Assembly: GCF_018977255.1 (NCBI RefSeq)
Contig: NW_024704743.1
Location: 17,052,001 to 17,116,000, forward strand
Source: Callorhinchus milii
Lineage: Eukaryota
Direction of reading: 5' to 3'
Length of the DNA: 64,000 nt
Shown here: positions 11,775 to 35,370 of the stretch, piece by piece
How positions within the stretch are numbered: the stretch's first letter is position 1
Layout: each line of letters begins with the position of its first letter
Made by a program: the position numbers and the translations under genes
The notes under the pieces: model-generated
What the model saw: only the letters and a program-made list of their open reading frames with translations
What the model was told of the DNA's origin: nothing
Databases searched by the model: none

Positions 11775-13684
11775 ACACACAGGACATCTTTTTATTAATA
11801 GTGTTTTCTGGATTAAATGAAACATTGACATTTGTGTACTTTTATTTTTAAAACAGTGAAAAAATTGCACTAGTCCTCTAACGATTAAGGCTAAAGCAAA
11901 GTTTTACCAAACCATGAGACTCAAACAATGTTAGTTGACATCTTTAATGCAGCATGGCTAAATAAATGTGTGATATAGTGTATGTTCTTTACTATTGCTC
12001 ATTTGTAAACATTTGTTGTTTCAAAGATTATGTTTACTGCTATAATAGATACTGTGACCTAGTTAATGAACTGTAAAAATGAAGTTAATTTCTGAGTTGC
12101 TACAGTTAAAGATCAAAACTATGTCTTTCCTGTTACAATACTAAATTTTAAATATTGAATTATTGCTAGTTCATAATTGGAATAGTGTATGAAGCTTTGG
12201 AAAATTAAAGAGTAAGAAATGGTGCGGTTAACCACTATGTGATTTAAGATAGTGTACGTTTAGATGTCCCATATGAAATGATTCGTTCCTTAACTACAAC
12301 ACAATGGAATTCACGTATTAAAATAACCCATTAAGCCATGAATTTACTATATAAATCGAGTGTTTCTGTGAGGCCCATTGCACAAATGAAAAAACCCAAC
12401 AAAAACAAGGCAATACAGCAGGGTTTACAGAATTTCACTTAGTATTCTACCACAACAATATTTGAAGGAACCATGTCTTGCCAATATTCTCATCAATATA
12501 GATCAAATTTTCATTTAAACACCTGTGACCAATTTTCTCATCTTAAATGAACAAACACTTAACTTTTTTTGCTCGTCTTCTGTAGTGTAATACCCTTCTT
12601 GGTGTCCATTCCTGTGTTTTGACCTCTACACATATTTAGTCCCATAATAAACCAAGAACAAATTTTCAGGAAGACACAATTCAAATCACTGAAAAGTAGT
12701 GTTTTGACCATCAAGTAAGGTAATTGGGCACTTACATATTAAGACAAACAGTATATTTTGTCGACTGCAGTTAAATACAATTATAAATCACAGATTAACT
12801 TTTTAATTAAGTCTTTGTCTTTTTTATTTCCTATGTTATTTGTTTTTGGAAATATCAAGTTCTAAAGAGCAAATCAAGTGGATGAGATTGTTCCTCTCAA
12901 CCTTGATAAACCACTGTAAAAATGCTTTTAAACCTTAGGCACAACGACAAACTCAAAGCCCACACTTAGTGATAAATAGATAGACATGCTAATGTGGAAA
13001 GTACTCCTTCGTTCATTTAAGTTTCTGAAGATAAAAATTGCATCTGTCTTAAAAATTCTTAATCAGGTTAACCATTTATCCCATAGGTGCCAAGCCATCA
13101 GCTTTGCTAGGCAGTGAATACATCGTTCTTTCACACGAAAGACACGTATACTGCAGCTGTCATCAAATTCAATTAACCATTCGATGACTTAAGGTTTTTA
13201 GTAACAAAAACTTACAAGCTACAAATAGGTTGCATCTGTTCTGAATAAAAAAAAATGCATGCTTATATTACAGGCTGAAAGTAAATACGATCAGGGTTAT
13301 TGCAGTCTACTTAAAAATTGTACAGCAATGAACAGTATGAGCAAATAAACCCTAGAAAATATTTAGTGCAATTCTTCCCCTTTCAGATAGAATTCATATG
13401 AGGGAGCACCCAGTGAACATTAAATCTGCCTGCCTTGTTTAATCTGTGTCAAGAGGAATAACCATGGTTCAGTGATTAGTCTGATAAAAGGCAAGCTTTT
13501 CACAACCATCCATCTGCCACTGCAATCCATGCGGCCCCTGCTGTCACTTCTTGACACTGCCCATATGTGAACTGCAGAAGCAGAATAATGGACAGTTTGA
13601 GATCTGCGTTTTTAATCTTGTCCAGCAGATCTTAGCTTTAAGATATTTATTGAACAGTGAAATTGATGTTATCTGATTTTCCTC
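11775..13684 (-). other. Probable 3'UTR of the ACVR1-like gene, with AATAAA at 11846-11841 and 11796-11791
   Basis: About 1.9 kb of AT-rich sequence with no recognisable interspersed repeat. It ends at two AATAAA hexamers, the distal one followed by a GT-rich tract, immediately before repeats resume. Confidence 0.6.
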
Positions 13685-24010
<10,326 letters not shown>

Positions 24011-26249
24011 CAGGAAACAGTTACTGCAAAACAAGGACACATAATAAAAACATAATCATCATCCTTACATTTGGTATAGACCCTTTCATGTTGGGAGGCA
24101 TCTTCATGGGACACATTGTAAAGTGCAGTGACTAATTGTGGGTAAAATATTCATGCATTACCCGTAACAACAACAATTTGCATTTATATAGCGCCCCTCA
24201 CGCAGGGGAGGGTCCCGGAGCACTTAGTTAGTTACCTGTACTAACCATTAGCTCAAGGACATTGGCTTCTGAAATATGCTCACTGGAACTGTTTTGATTA
24301 AAGTATCTGTACGTTTTTTTTAAAAAAATGAACAGTCTCCATATTACCATAGTCAAAAAAAGATTTGGATGATAATTATCCCCTAAAATTAATTTGAAAT
24401 AAGATGGATGTAGCTCCATCTACCTTTTGTACCACACCGTTACCCTTTCAAAGTCAACAACAACAAGATTACATTTGTATAGCACCTTTCATGTCAGGAG
24501 GACATCCCAAGGCGCTGAACATCAACTCATTCTACTCCTCCAGAGATTACATTTTTTAAAAAAATATTTATTATGTCTGTATATTTGCCTTTTAGTCATA
24601 AGTATTTTTAGTCTCCTTCGTAACTGTTCTAAGTTTAAAATGAAACTTTTCTAGGACGTCAGCATTAAATACACTAATACCTTAAAAGTAGTGGAAAGTG
24701 AGAGTATTAATTTAACTTTCAAAACAACAGTAGGGCACAATGCAGAATTGCTGTAAATCTTCCTGCAGTAAACACTTCATTGACCATTCACTGGAGAGCA
24801 ATTGATCATGAATTGTATTATTCAGTAGACTCTGCTATATGCATTCCAGGCAAGTTAGTAAACATCTATGGAACTTGTTTACAGCAGTTGCAGTTTAGCA
24901 TGATTTAGAGTATAACACTTCTAATTTAAATACACAAAGCAAACCCCTTCTCTGTGTACTGTCCTGGAATATTCAAGGGACCCGAAAATCCGACAGAGCA
25001 GCAATCCCTGTTGATCTATAAATTTAACAACTATTCTGCTGAATTAGTGATTGCAATGGATATTATTCCCATAGACACACTGAGCATTGAGCTCAACACT
25101 ACAGCGTTCTCCACAAATTTTCTGTTAAAGACAATTTTATTTAGATTAAGACTTTCTATTTGTCACCAATAGAAACGAAGGTTCATTAAAGATGCAGTGA
25201 TTCATGTTTTTTAAAGAAGAAAAAGGGAGGAGCAAACTGCTTAATTGACCATTTTTTATTCCATGTACTCAGTCAATGAACCAAGAAAACAGCCGACTCT
25301 AGAGACCTGCAAAGATTGGCAGAGGAAACTCTCCCTGCATCAGGACGTGTCACCTGATTTAATGGCTTTTTACTTCGGTTCACATTTTGGACTTAATGCT
25401 GAAGAACATCATTGCTACCTTGCTGTAAAGGCTATATAAGCTAACTAAGCCAAACAGATACCATAATCCTGAAATCAAAATGGCCAGTACTTATACAACT
25501 TGCTCACAATTTAAACACTATGCTAAGTTGAACCCAGGCAGCCAATTACACTATGACCAATACTGAAACTAACCTGTTATTACAACTAACCGAAAACATA
25601 AAACTATTCTGCTACTGCAATTCTGAATGTGTCTACATCATGTTAAGTTGCAAAAAAAATGAACACCGCTTTACTGTGCAATTAGAATTCTGAGTTTGTT
25701 CCTTTGATTGATGATCTTTGTAATTTTAATGGGCACAGTGGTGGTTAATTAATATAACGGTAGTACATTGAACAGTGTTCTGTCCAGTGCTCGATAGCTC
25801 TCCTCTGAGATGTGAATTAATGCAGCATCTCGTTATGTGATATTTTCTCAGTCCTAGTTTTAAAAAGTTATCTAACCAGACCAACCCTCTGTTTACCTAG
25901 CATTCAGTAGGAACCCGGGTTGTTAGTCAATTGGCGAATTGCTTTTCCGGTGGTAATAAATCCTTCCAAAAAAAATTAACAATTTAACAAATAATAATGT
26001 GTTCACCCAATCCATGACTGTTTGTGAGACATTGTTGTGCGTAATTGTCTGCTGCGTTTCGCTCACAAAATATATAATAGTCAATTCACGTTACAGTATA
26101 TTCTGTGAAGCACTTTAGACGCCTCGGAGATGTGATATTATTATTATGGTCATTGCCTCTTTCCCCCAATCTTGGCATCAGGCTCTGCCAGCGAAAAGCA
26201 TTCCGAGAAGCTAGCCCGTGTGAGGGGAGCTATATAAATTCAAGTTGTT

Positions 26250-26800
26250 CAACAACAACAACAAAATTACATTTGTATAGCGCCTTTCACGTCGGGAGGA
26301 TGTCCCAAGGCGCTGAACAGTGTACAGCATTTCAGACCCAAGCTGGGGTCAGGGCAGGAGAAGGGAGGGGAGGGGAAGGGGGGTGGCCGATGGCATGGTC
26401 GAAGAGGAAGGTCTTGAGGCAGGAGATGAAGGAGGCTAAGGAGGGGGTGATGCGGAGTGACTGGGGGATGGAATTTCAAATTCCAGAGGTTGGGGGCAGA
26501 GTGGCTGAAGGCTCTTCCACCAATGGTGGGGCGGGTGGGTCGGGGGACGTGGACCAGGCCAGAGCCGGCTGAGCGGAGGGAGCGGGCGGGTTGGTAGGGG
26601 GTTAGGAGGTCGCAGAGGTAGGGTGGGGTGAGGCCATTGTGGGCTTTGTAGGTGAGGACCAGGATTTTGAACTGTATCCTCTGAAGGATAAGGAGCCAAT
26701 GGAGTCGGGCGAGAATGGGGGAGATGGGGTCACGGAGTTTGGGGCGGGAGAGGGCACGGGCTGCAGAGTTCTGGATTATCTGCAGCCTGTGGAGGGAGGA
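26250..26800 (-). mobile_element. L2 LINE 3' fragment, very similar to the 17370-18150 copy
   Basis: LQIIQNSAAR...LHWL..RIQFKIL translation and the same tail. Confidence 0.92.
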
Positions 26801-28173
26801 GTGTGCTTGAGCACATGATAAGTTCTTTTTAAAAATAACTAAATGCCATCTAAATAGAGGCTTTGAAATCAAAATCAAAAAACATTGTTCTTTATATACT
26901 GTGTACCCAGCGTTAATTAGATGGGACTTTTGCACTGAATGAACACTAAAGGTGTTGGATAAATCTAGTTTTGATGGTATAAATTTGATTTTGAGCCCAC
27001 TTCTAAAACAACTTTGAGGAAACAATTTCAGAATGTGATTACTGTGTCAAAGCTGTTTTCAATGCAGTTGATTTCAAACAAATGGTAAAGCCTAACAAAT
27101 CGTAAGTATAAAAGACACTGAGGCGATAAGTGCAGCCTGCTTCTGGTTTTAAATGTTATTAGAGAGCACTAAAAAGTCTCCTGTCCAACGAGTGAACAGG
27201 AAGAGGTGGTTATGATATCATATGCTTACATAGCATAAAAAAGCATAACAGAAAAAGTTTGAAAGCTTAGTACATGAACTATCCTCCCACACAACAACAA
27301 ACTGTATTTATATAGCACCTTTCACGTTAGGAAGACATCCCAATTAGATATAATTTCATTGGCTGGCTTTAAACATTCAATGCATTTCCCTCTATTTCCT
27401 TGCTTGCTGAATTATTCCAAACATTTATCATTCAATCATTTCCTAAAGGGATTGCACAACAATTTGGTTTTGTTTTGGCCACTCTGGGATCTGGATATCC
27501 CTTGCTACACTGAAGTCCCCACTCAGAGAATTAATAAAAATGGAATTTGTGTTTGTCAGATCTGAACTGTACAATATCCCTCCCATAGGCATAATACCCT
27601 CCCTATGTTTGGGAAACATACATGTTGATTGACAGAAATTAAGCCTTTAGTCATTGGCGTTGGGCTATTGCTACAATTCAATCAGAGAAATTCCTGCCCT
27701 TACTTGTACAGGACAATCATAAGCTTCCAGTTGCCTGTTTATCTTCATGTACAAAGGTGTTTGCAGAGACAAGCCTTCATAAGACCAAACTAGTAACCCT
27801 CTCTTTTTACTGCAAATCTACCACATAAATGTGGACCTACGTTTCACACATTAGCTGCAGGGAATCTTTCTGCCGCAAGCCTCGGAGCTTCAATGTGATT
27901 TGGCACAAGCTTCATTGGTTGGGAAACAAACTAAATAAACTATTTGAATGCTATGGAATCTAAATTCAAATTCATTTGAATCAGTCAATATCTTACTGGG
28001 AGGGAATAAAATCAATATTACTTCTGTACAATTAAAATAATTTTACACTGATTTTCACACAAGTTACTATGTACATCAAATAACTGCCATGCAGAATGGA
28101 GAAAATGTGTTTAATACCAAAGCCCTCAGGCATTTTGTTAAGTGTATGCCTGATACAGCACCTTGACGTGGTA

Positions 28174-28536
28174 GGAGTCCTGTAGCTCAGTGGTTAGAGC
28201 ACTCACCTCGCAAGCGAGAGACGTGGGTTTGATTCCTGGCAGGGCAAAATGTTGGGCAAGTTTCCTTACTCCACACGCCTCTGTTTACCTAGCAGTAAGT
28301 AGGAACCCAGTTGTTACGTTGATTGGTGGATCGCTTTTCCACAGGTAATAATTCCTTAAAAAAAAATTGATCACTTCAATCCACGACTGTTTGTGGGACA
28401 CTGCTGTGTGCAATTGGCTGCTGCGTTTCACCCACAAAATATAGTCAAATTATTTTACCAGTATATTCTGTGAAGCGCTTTGAGACATCCCGAAGACGTG
28501 ATAAGGCACTGCATCAAATGCAAATATTATTATTAT
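28174..28536 (+). mobile_element. tRNA(Ala-like)-headed SINE, full-length long form
   Basis: Box A TAGCTCAGTGG, box B-like GTTTGATTCC, anticodon-like arm, central ctgtttacctagcagtaa domain, L2-type tail ending (TAT)n. Confidence 0.85.
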
Positions 28537-29158
28537 GATTCAATTACACAAACAGAGCTCAAATAAGCTATGGAAAGACAACAGCTCCCCCTAGTGTTGG
28601 ATAATTATACTTTATTACAATTTTATTTGCAGGCTTTTCTCTTCCATGATTTTACCTCTGGGCTCCTAACCCAAGTGACTATCATTGAGGTGTGAGCTGA
28701 GACAGTAGCGGATCACAGAGGAAAAATAACATGCACCATAGCTCCTTGATGCTTTTGTCCAACTTCCACATTCATGCATCTAGCGTGCGTAACCGAATCA
28801 TGTTAAGAATTACTGATTCTTATTCCCTTCCTGAAACAGGCCACAGACATCAATTCCAGCATCTCCGCTGATATCAGTCAACCAGACAGCATAGCCAGGG
28901 TTTGAACCTGGCAACTTTCCAGTTAGGCTCAGTTGTCTCACTGATCTTGGTTAATATGTTCTCCAAGAAATACTGTGCATCCTTATCGCTATGCACTATT
29001 AAAATATTTTCCAACCTAAATTTAAGACGGTCAAGCCTCAATTATTTCCACCGGAAATCACAGCCTTCTTAAAAAAAAGTCCAACCTTAAAGCATATGAT
29101 GATTTAAAGGTGTCTACTGATCTGAACATGTTTAAAATGCCTCATCATTTTATTAATG

Positions 29159-29490
29159 TTGAGTCCTGTAGCTCAGTGGTTAGAGCACTCGCTTTGCAAG
29201 TGAGAGACCTGAGTTCAATTCCAGGCAGGTCAGGGCGAAACCTTGGGCAAGTTTCCTTACTCCACACAGAGCCTAATAATAATCCCTCCAAAAAACAAAA
29301 ACAATAATTAAATTGGTCATTTTCAATCTATGGCTGTTTGTGGGACATTGCTGTGCGCAATTGGCTGCCGCGTTCGCCCACAAATATACAGTCAACTCAC
29401 TTTACAGTATATTCTGTGAAGCGCTTTGGGACGTCCTCCCGACGTGAAAAGCGCTATATCAAATGCAAGGATTATTATTATTATTATTAT
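29159..29490 (+). mobile_element. tRNA(Ala-like)-headed SINE, internally deleted short form
   Basis: Same head and tail as 28174 but lacking the central ~60-bp domain. Confidence 0.85.
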
Positions 29491-30589
29491 AATCAAAACA
29501 CACTTTCCTATGGACTAAGCCTATAGAGTATTAGGACCATGTTTGGTGTTCATGAGCTGAAACAAGTAGATGGCCTGTGTTTGGTGTTGAGTTGGGCAAC
29601 GCCTGTGCTAAACAGCAGGATATTGATTTTAAGATAAATAGTGTGCTCATATTTTCTTGTGCTGTGGCTACATGGGCCCCTATTTTTGTATTCAATGCAT
29701 ATAGAACACACTACCATTTGCCTATTTCAGAGAAATAGATTTGGGTGTCATTGTGTGGAACTAATACCATGATTTTTTTTAATGAAACAAATTAATGCAC
29801 TTTATAACTACAAAATAGAAAGGCACAATTGTTTGTAATTGTCACCATCAGGGTACAAAACAAGAAAATGTTATGTAGGTTGCAATGAAGAGACGTCAGG
29901 ATTTTACAGGTAAAGTTAGTCTATGAGGTGACAGTTTAAATGCACGATGGGACAGGTACCCTAGATTTCTTTTGGTTCTGACATGTTAGTTAATATAAAA
30001 GGTTGGAAACTCTTAAAACAAAAGTAAAATAATTAAGCTTGAGAGAAAGGAACCAAAAGAAAGTCTATTAAATGAAACATTAAATGAGTTGTGATTTAAA
30101 AACGCACTTATCAAACATTGTGGTAAAGTGCAAAAATTAAGTTCAGTGATTTATGGCAGGTGAAAAGACAACTAGAGATGTACTAATCAAACTCATGCCT
30201 TTGCTGAGGTGTACAGCACGTGGATATGTGGATGGACAGACTATCTGGAATACAGAATGCAGTTTTGGCCGACTCACCTTAGCAATCATACTACTGGCCT
30301 TGAGCAGCTACAGGGGCATGCAACCAAGATGATAGAAGCTATTAGAAATCTCAACTATGAAAGAAGGGTTAAAGAATGTGTTCTCTTTGTAAAAGAGGAG
30401 ACAATTGTGACCAGATCAATATTTTCAAGATGAAGATTGTGATAAGGCTGTGATCCATGCAATCCAATAGGTTTGAAACACTAGGGGCACAAGATAGGAA
30501 TGAGGAAACAAGGAGTATGAAAGGAAGCCAGGCAAACCTTTTCCTGTTCTAAAAAATCTTATATAATAAGATTATGTAACAACAACAAC

Positions 30590-33530
30590 TTCAAAAAGAG
30601 GAGAGAGAGGGCGAGGCGGATGGATTGAGAAAGTTCCAGAGTTTCGGGCGTAGTGGCTGAAAGTGCGACCTCCGATGATGGGGTGGAGGTTGCGAGGGAC
30701 AAGCAGGAGGCTGGTGCCAGTCGAGCACTGGCGCTGAGTGGTGGATGGGGAGTGAGGAGGTCGGAGAGGTAGGAAGGTCCTAGAGAGTGAATGGATTTGC
30801 ACATGAGTGTGAGGATCTTGATGTCGATTCGTTCGGTGACGGGGAGCCAGTGGAGCCTGGCCAGAACTGGTAAGATGTGGGTAGAGTTTGGCCTGGGTCA
30901 GTATGCGGGTGGCAGAGTACTGAATGAACTGGATTTTTTGAATAGTGGAGCTGGGGAGACCGTCGAGGAGTGCATTGGAGTAATCCAGGCAGGAGGTCAC
31001 AAGTGGATGCATGAGGGTTTCGGCTGCATTTGGGGTGAGGTACGGTCGGAGGCGGGCAATGTGGCAGAGATGGAAGAAGGTGGTCCTGGTCAGGGACTGG
31101 ATGTGGGGGAGGAGGGACAGTTGGGGGGTCAAACCGGATGCCTAGATTGCGCGCTAGTTCGTGACTCTGAGGGAGAGCCCAGTGAGGTCGAGGAGTTTAG
31201 ATCTGCAGGAGTGAAGACGTTGACGGGAGCAAAGGAGTATGGCTTCCATCTTGTCCACATTCAGCTACAGGAAGTTTGCAGTATCCAAGCCCTGATGTCT
31301 GCCAGACAAGCTGATAGATCATCAGGAGACCTGGAGTTGGTACTGGAGGAGGCAAAGTAGATTTGTGTGTCATCCAAATACATGTGGAAGTTTACACCGT
31401 ACCTGTGGATGAAGTCGCCCAGAGTGAGCATTTAGATAAGGAAAAGAAGAAGGCCAAGGATGGAGCAGGTGGGTGCAGTTGACCAGGCGGGGGCTGGAGG
31501 AGAAACCATTTGCCGAGATGAAATGGAAGCAGTTGGTTAAGTAGAACTCGAACCATGTGAGTGCGGTCCCACTAAGGTGGATGAGGGGGGAGAGGCGGTG
31601 GAGGAGGATTGCGTGGTCGACTGTGTCAACAACAACAACTTGGATTTATATAGCGCCCTCCATGCCAGACGGCGTCTTAGAGCGAACACGAGAGAGATTT
31701 CCAGGAGGACGAGGAGGCAAAGGGATCCCTGGTCACAGATATAGAGAATGTCATTTGTGACTTTGACAAGTGTGCTGTGGACAGGGCAAAAATCAAGCTG
31801 CAGGGGCTCGAGAAGTGAGTAGGTGTGACTGAAGTTGACTTGCAACAATGCGTTCCAGGACTTCGTAAGATGGTAGAGAACCAATGTAATGCATTAAAAA
31901 TCAAGATTATTCAGACAAAGTACAACAACAAAATTACATTTGATAGGGGTTTAGCAGGTCAGAGGTGTAGGAGGGGGCAAGACTGTTGAGGATTTTGAAT
32001 TCTATCCTCTGATGGATGGGGGAGCCAGTGGAGCCGGGCGAGGGTGGGGAGTGATGGGGTCACGGAGCCTGGTGCAGGAGAGGACTCGAGCTGCAGAGTT
32101 CTTGTGAAGGGAAGCGTTGGGGAGGACGACAAGAAGGGAGTTTCCATAGTCGAGAGCTGAGGGGACGAATGCGTGGATGAGGGTTTCGGCAGCCTGAAGG
32201 GTGATGGCAGCGGCAGAATCGGGCAATGTTGCGGAGGTGGGGAAAGGCAGAGTGGGTCATGGCACGGATATGGGGGAGAAATGACAATTGAGGGTCGAAC
32301 AAGACGTCCAGGTTCCTGACTGGTTTGGTGAGGTGGAAAGTGCAACCGTGGATACTGATGCTGCCAGTGTCTGAGGTGCGGAGGCGAAGGCGAGCCAATC
32401 AGGAGGGCCTCGGTCTTGCTGACATTTAGCTGTAGAAAGTTGGCTCTTATCCAGGATTTGGTGTCTGACAGACAGTCTGTCAGGATGTTAGTCATCCTAG
32501 AATCAAGGGTGGAGGCAGAGAGGTACAGTTGGGTGTCATCCGCATACATGTGGAAGTTGACCCCATGTCTGCGGATGATGTCACCAAGAGGGAGCGTATA
32601 GGGGTTGAAGAGGAGGGGACCGAGGGCAGACCCTGAGGAATACTACACGAGACTGTGTGGGGGCTGGAAGAGAAACCGATGGCAGAGACAAATTGGAGAC
32701 GGTGTGAGAGATAAGACCTAAATCACAAGGCAGCGGAACGTGAAGCCCGGTGAATGGAGGGAGTGGGCAGGTTGGTAGGGGGTTAGGAGGTTGCAGAGGT
32801 AGGGGGGAGCAAAGCCATGGAGGACTTTGAAGGTGATGACCAGGATCTTGAACTGTATCCTCTATGTGATGGGAAGCCAGTGGAGTCGGGCGAGGATGGG
32901 GGTGATAGGGTCACGGAGCCTGGTGCGGGAAAGGACACGGGCTGCAGAGTTCTGGATGACCTGCAGCCTATGGAGGGAGGAGTTGGGGAGGCCGACAAGC
33001 AGTGAGTTTGCATAGTCAAGCCTGGATGTTATGAATGCGTGTATGAGGTTTTCGGCGGCCTGCGGTGTGAGACAGTGGCGGAGCCGGGCGACTTTGCAGC
33101 ACGGGACGCATGAAGGGAGTGGTAGAAGAGGAAGAAGTGAAGCTGGGAAGCAATGGACTTTTTCCAAGGACATTGGCAAGATAAAGGAGATTGGAGATGG
33201 GCCGGTAGTTAGGAAACAGGGATGGGTCCAGGGAAGGTTTTTTAAGGATGGGGTAATTACAGCTGCTTTTAGGGGGATGGGAATAGTGCCAGATGATAGG
33301 GAGAGATTGATGGTATCGGAGTAGAGGGGCGGGGAGGTGGAGCTGGGAGGTACTGAGAGGGGTGGGGATGGGGTCAAGGGAGCAGGGAGTGTGTTTCATG
33401 CTGGATATGGTGGTGATGAGAGTGGAGGGGGAGACAGGTTTGAAGATGTGGAGGGAAGTGTGGGGGGGAAGAGATGGGGAGGGAGTGGCGGTTGGGAGGG
33501 CGGAGGCAGCTGAACGGATTATGGAAGTAA
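30590..33530 (-). mobile_element. Cluster of at least three decayed L2 LINE fragments (~30590-31870, 31925-32720, 32740-33530)
   Basis: [26 protein letters not shown] and LHWLP motifs in several broken ORFs. Confidence 0.9.
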
Positions 33531-35189
33531 TCACTGATAATAGTTACAGCTTCTCTAAATCAATATATAATGACAGAACTGTCTAGGAAATAAATATACC
33601 TATTAATTAATCTAGCAGTTTGATGAGTTAATGACTAGCCAACCATGGACAAATACTTAGCTCCTTTACTTCAATTAGCTTCAGTCACTATCAAACTAGA
33701 TACCAATTTAGTCATCACTAAGGCCCAAGTATTTAAGAACTATTCAAAAGAAACCGAATAAGGTGGTTAATCCCAATTTTGGTAATATTTGCACGTTAAA
33801 AGGAGGTTCTAATGCAGAGCTTCGCAGATACAGTTTGTTCTACAATCAAGTTGAAACTTTCAGTTCTTCCAAAATGGGGGCAACTTGAAGTCTTAATAAA
33901 TATGTCAGATGTAAATTTGTAATTACATTCAGGACAGTGGAATTTCATTACACAGAAAAACTCAAATGAAAAACAGGTAACTAAACAATGATTTAAATTA
34001 TATCCATATTTAAGCCTCAGTATTTTTTGATGTAAACGCAATAAAACCCATAGAAATTGACCACAGAAATTTACAGCACAGAATAAGGCTTATCGGGTCA
34101 TTCAAACCCAAACAAATCTTTAAAAAAACTGGTCAAATAAATTATCGGTACTCTCCAAATGTTGTTTGGTTTGTAATCTTGCAGAGGCAAATGTTCCTGT
34201 GGTTGGAAAGGGAATATTTGATTCATTGTCTGCTGTATCTAGGCTCAGCCCTGCATTGACACCCACATGTGCAGAAAAATATCAAACTATGCTTTCAACA
34301 ATCATTGTTCTCCCACTTCCACCCCATTGCTATGTTTAGCTGAGAACATACGGTGCAATGTGGAGACTGATCTGATTGCTTGTTCGTTCAGATTGTTTAA
34401 GCTCCTGAGCCTGAATCTCTCTTTCCACCAGTGCTCATCCCTGCTCTCTCCATCCATTCCATTTGGCTGAGGTTAGATGGGATGGACGGAGCAGGGATTC
34501 TCTCCTTGACTCCAACCCAGCTGTTCAGTGTGGCTCACTGCAAAAATCAAGAACTAATTCACTATTTCAATTTACTTTGAAAATACAATTCATTCTTATT
34601 ATTACAGAGACATCTTGATGCATACAGGAGGGAGAGGAAAATAGAGGTTCAGGAGAGGGGATGAAGTTGGATGGGGCAAACATAAGAGCGCAGCCAAATT
34701 GGGCCAAATGGGTACATTTGATACATTTTGCCCACAAAATACAGTCAATCCACATTACAGAAATTCTGTGAAGCGCTTTGAAATGTCTCAAAGATGTGAT
34801 AAGGCGTTATATCAAATGCAAGGTGTATTCGTATTATTATTAATAATTACATTGTCAGGACAAAGGTAAAAGGAACTTTTCTCCATATCTGTTCAGTCTA
34901 TCCCTAACCCGATAATTACATTGGTGCACAAAGTAGAAAACTAAATGCTTGATACAGATCAGCACAAAAGTTTACTAAAACAATGCCCTCTAATTACAAG
35001 CAGACCGGACCTTTGTTTAATAGCTGATCAGAAATACATCACCAGCAACATGGGGCTCAAATCCACAATCTATTGACCAACGGGTTAAAGTGCTAACACC
35101 CTGCATAATGGAATAAGCAACATTAATATCTGCAAATGTTAAAGGAATGCCAATGAGAAAAGGTTAAAGAAAAAGATCAGAACGTGATA

Positions 35190-35370
35190 CAAACAGGCAG
35201 AGAGCCAGCCAGACAGAAAGACAGGTGGAGCGAGTCAATCAGACAAGACAGGCAAAGACAGACAGGCGGAGCAAACCAGACTGATAGGAGTACAGATGGA
35301 GCGAGCCAGACAGACAGGCAGAGCAAGCCAGACAGACAAACAAAAAGACATGTAGACAGAGAGGCGGAGT
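35190..35370. repeat. Degenerate (CAGA)n / AG-rich simple repeat; a similar CA/GA-rich tract lies at ~54235-54475
   Basis: Directly visible low complexity. Confidence 0.8.

Noticed and set aside
11865..11872. Second TTGCACTA miR-130 seed match
   Set aside because: It is on the plus strand, antisense to the mRNA.
24236..24282. Exon-like segment (ttccag...ACAG|gtaac) upstream of the signal-peptide exon
   Set aside because: Not needed for the complete ORF; at most an unsupported UTR exon.
25420..25469. Alternative candidate for the signal-peptide exon
   Set aside because: The ATG frame hits a stop and the donor phase is incompatible; 23941-24010 fits instead.
28174..28245. Apparent tRNA-Ala genes (also at 29159, 40640-40708 and 52981)
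   Set aside because: No proper acceptor stem or terminator; each runs into the same SINE body and tail, so they are SINE heads.
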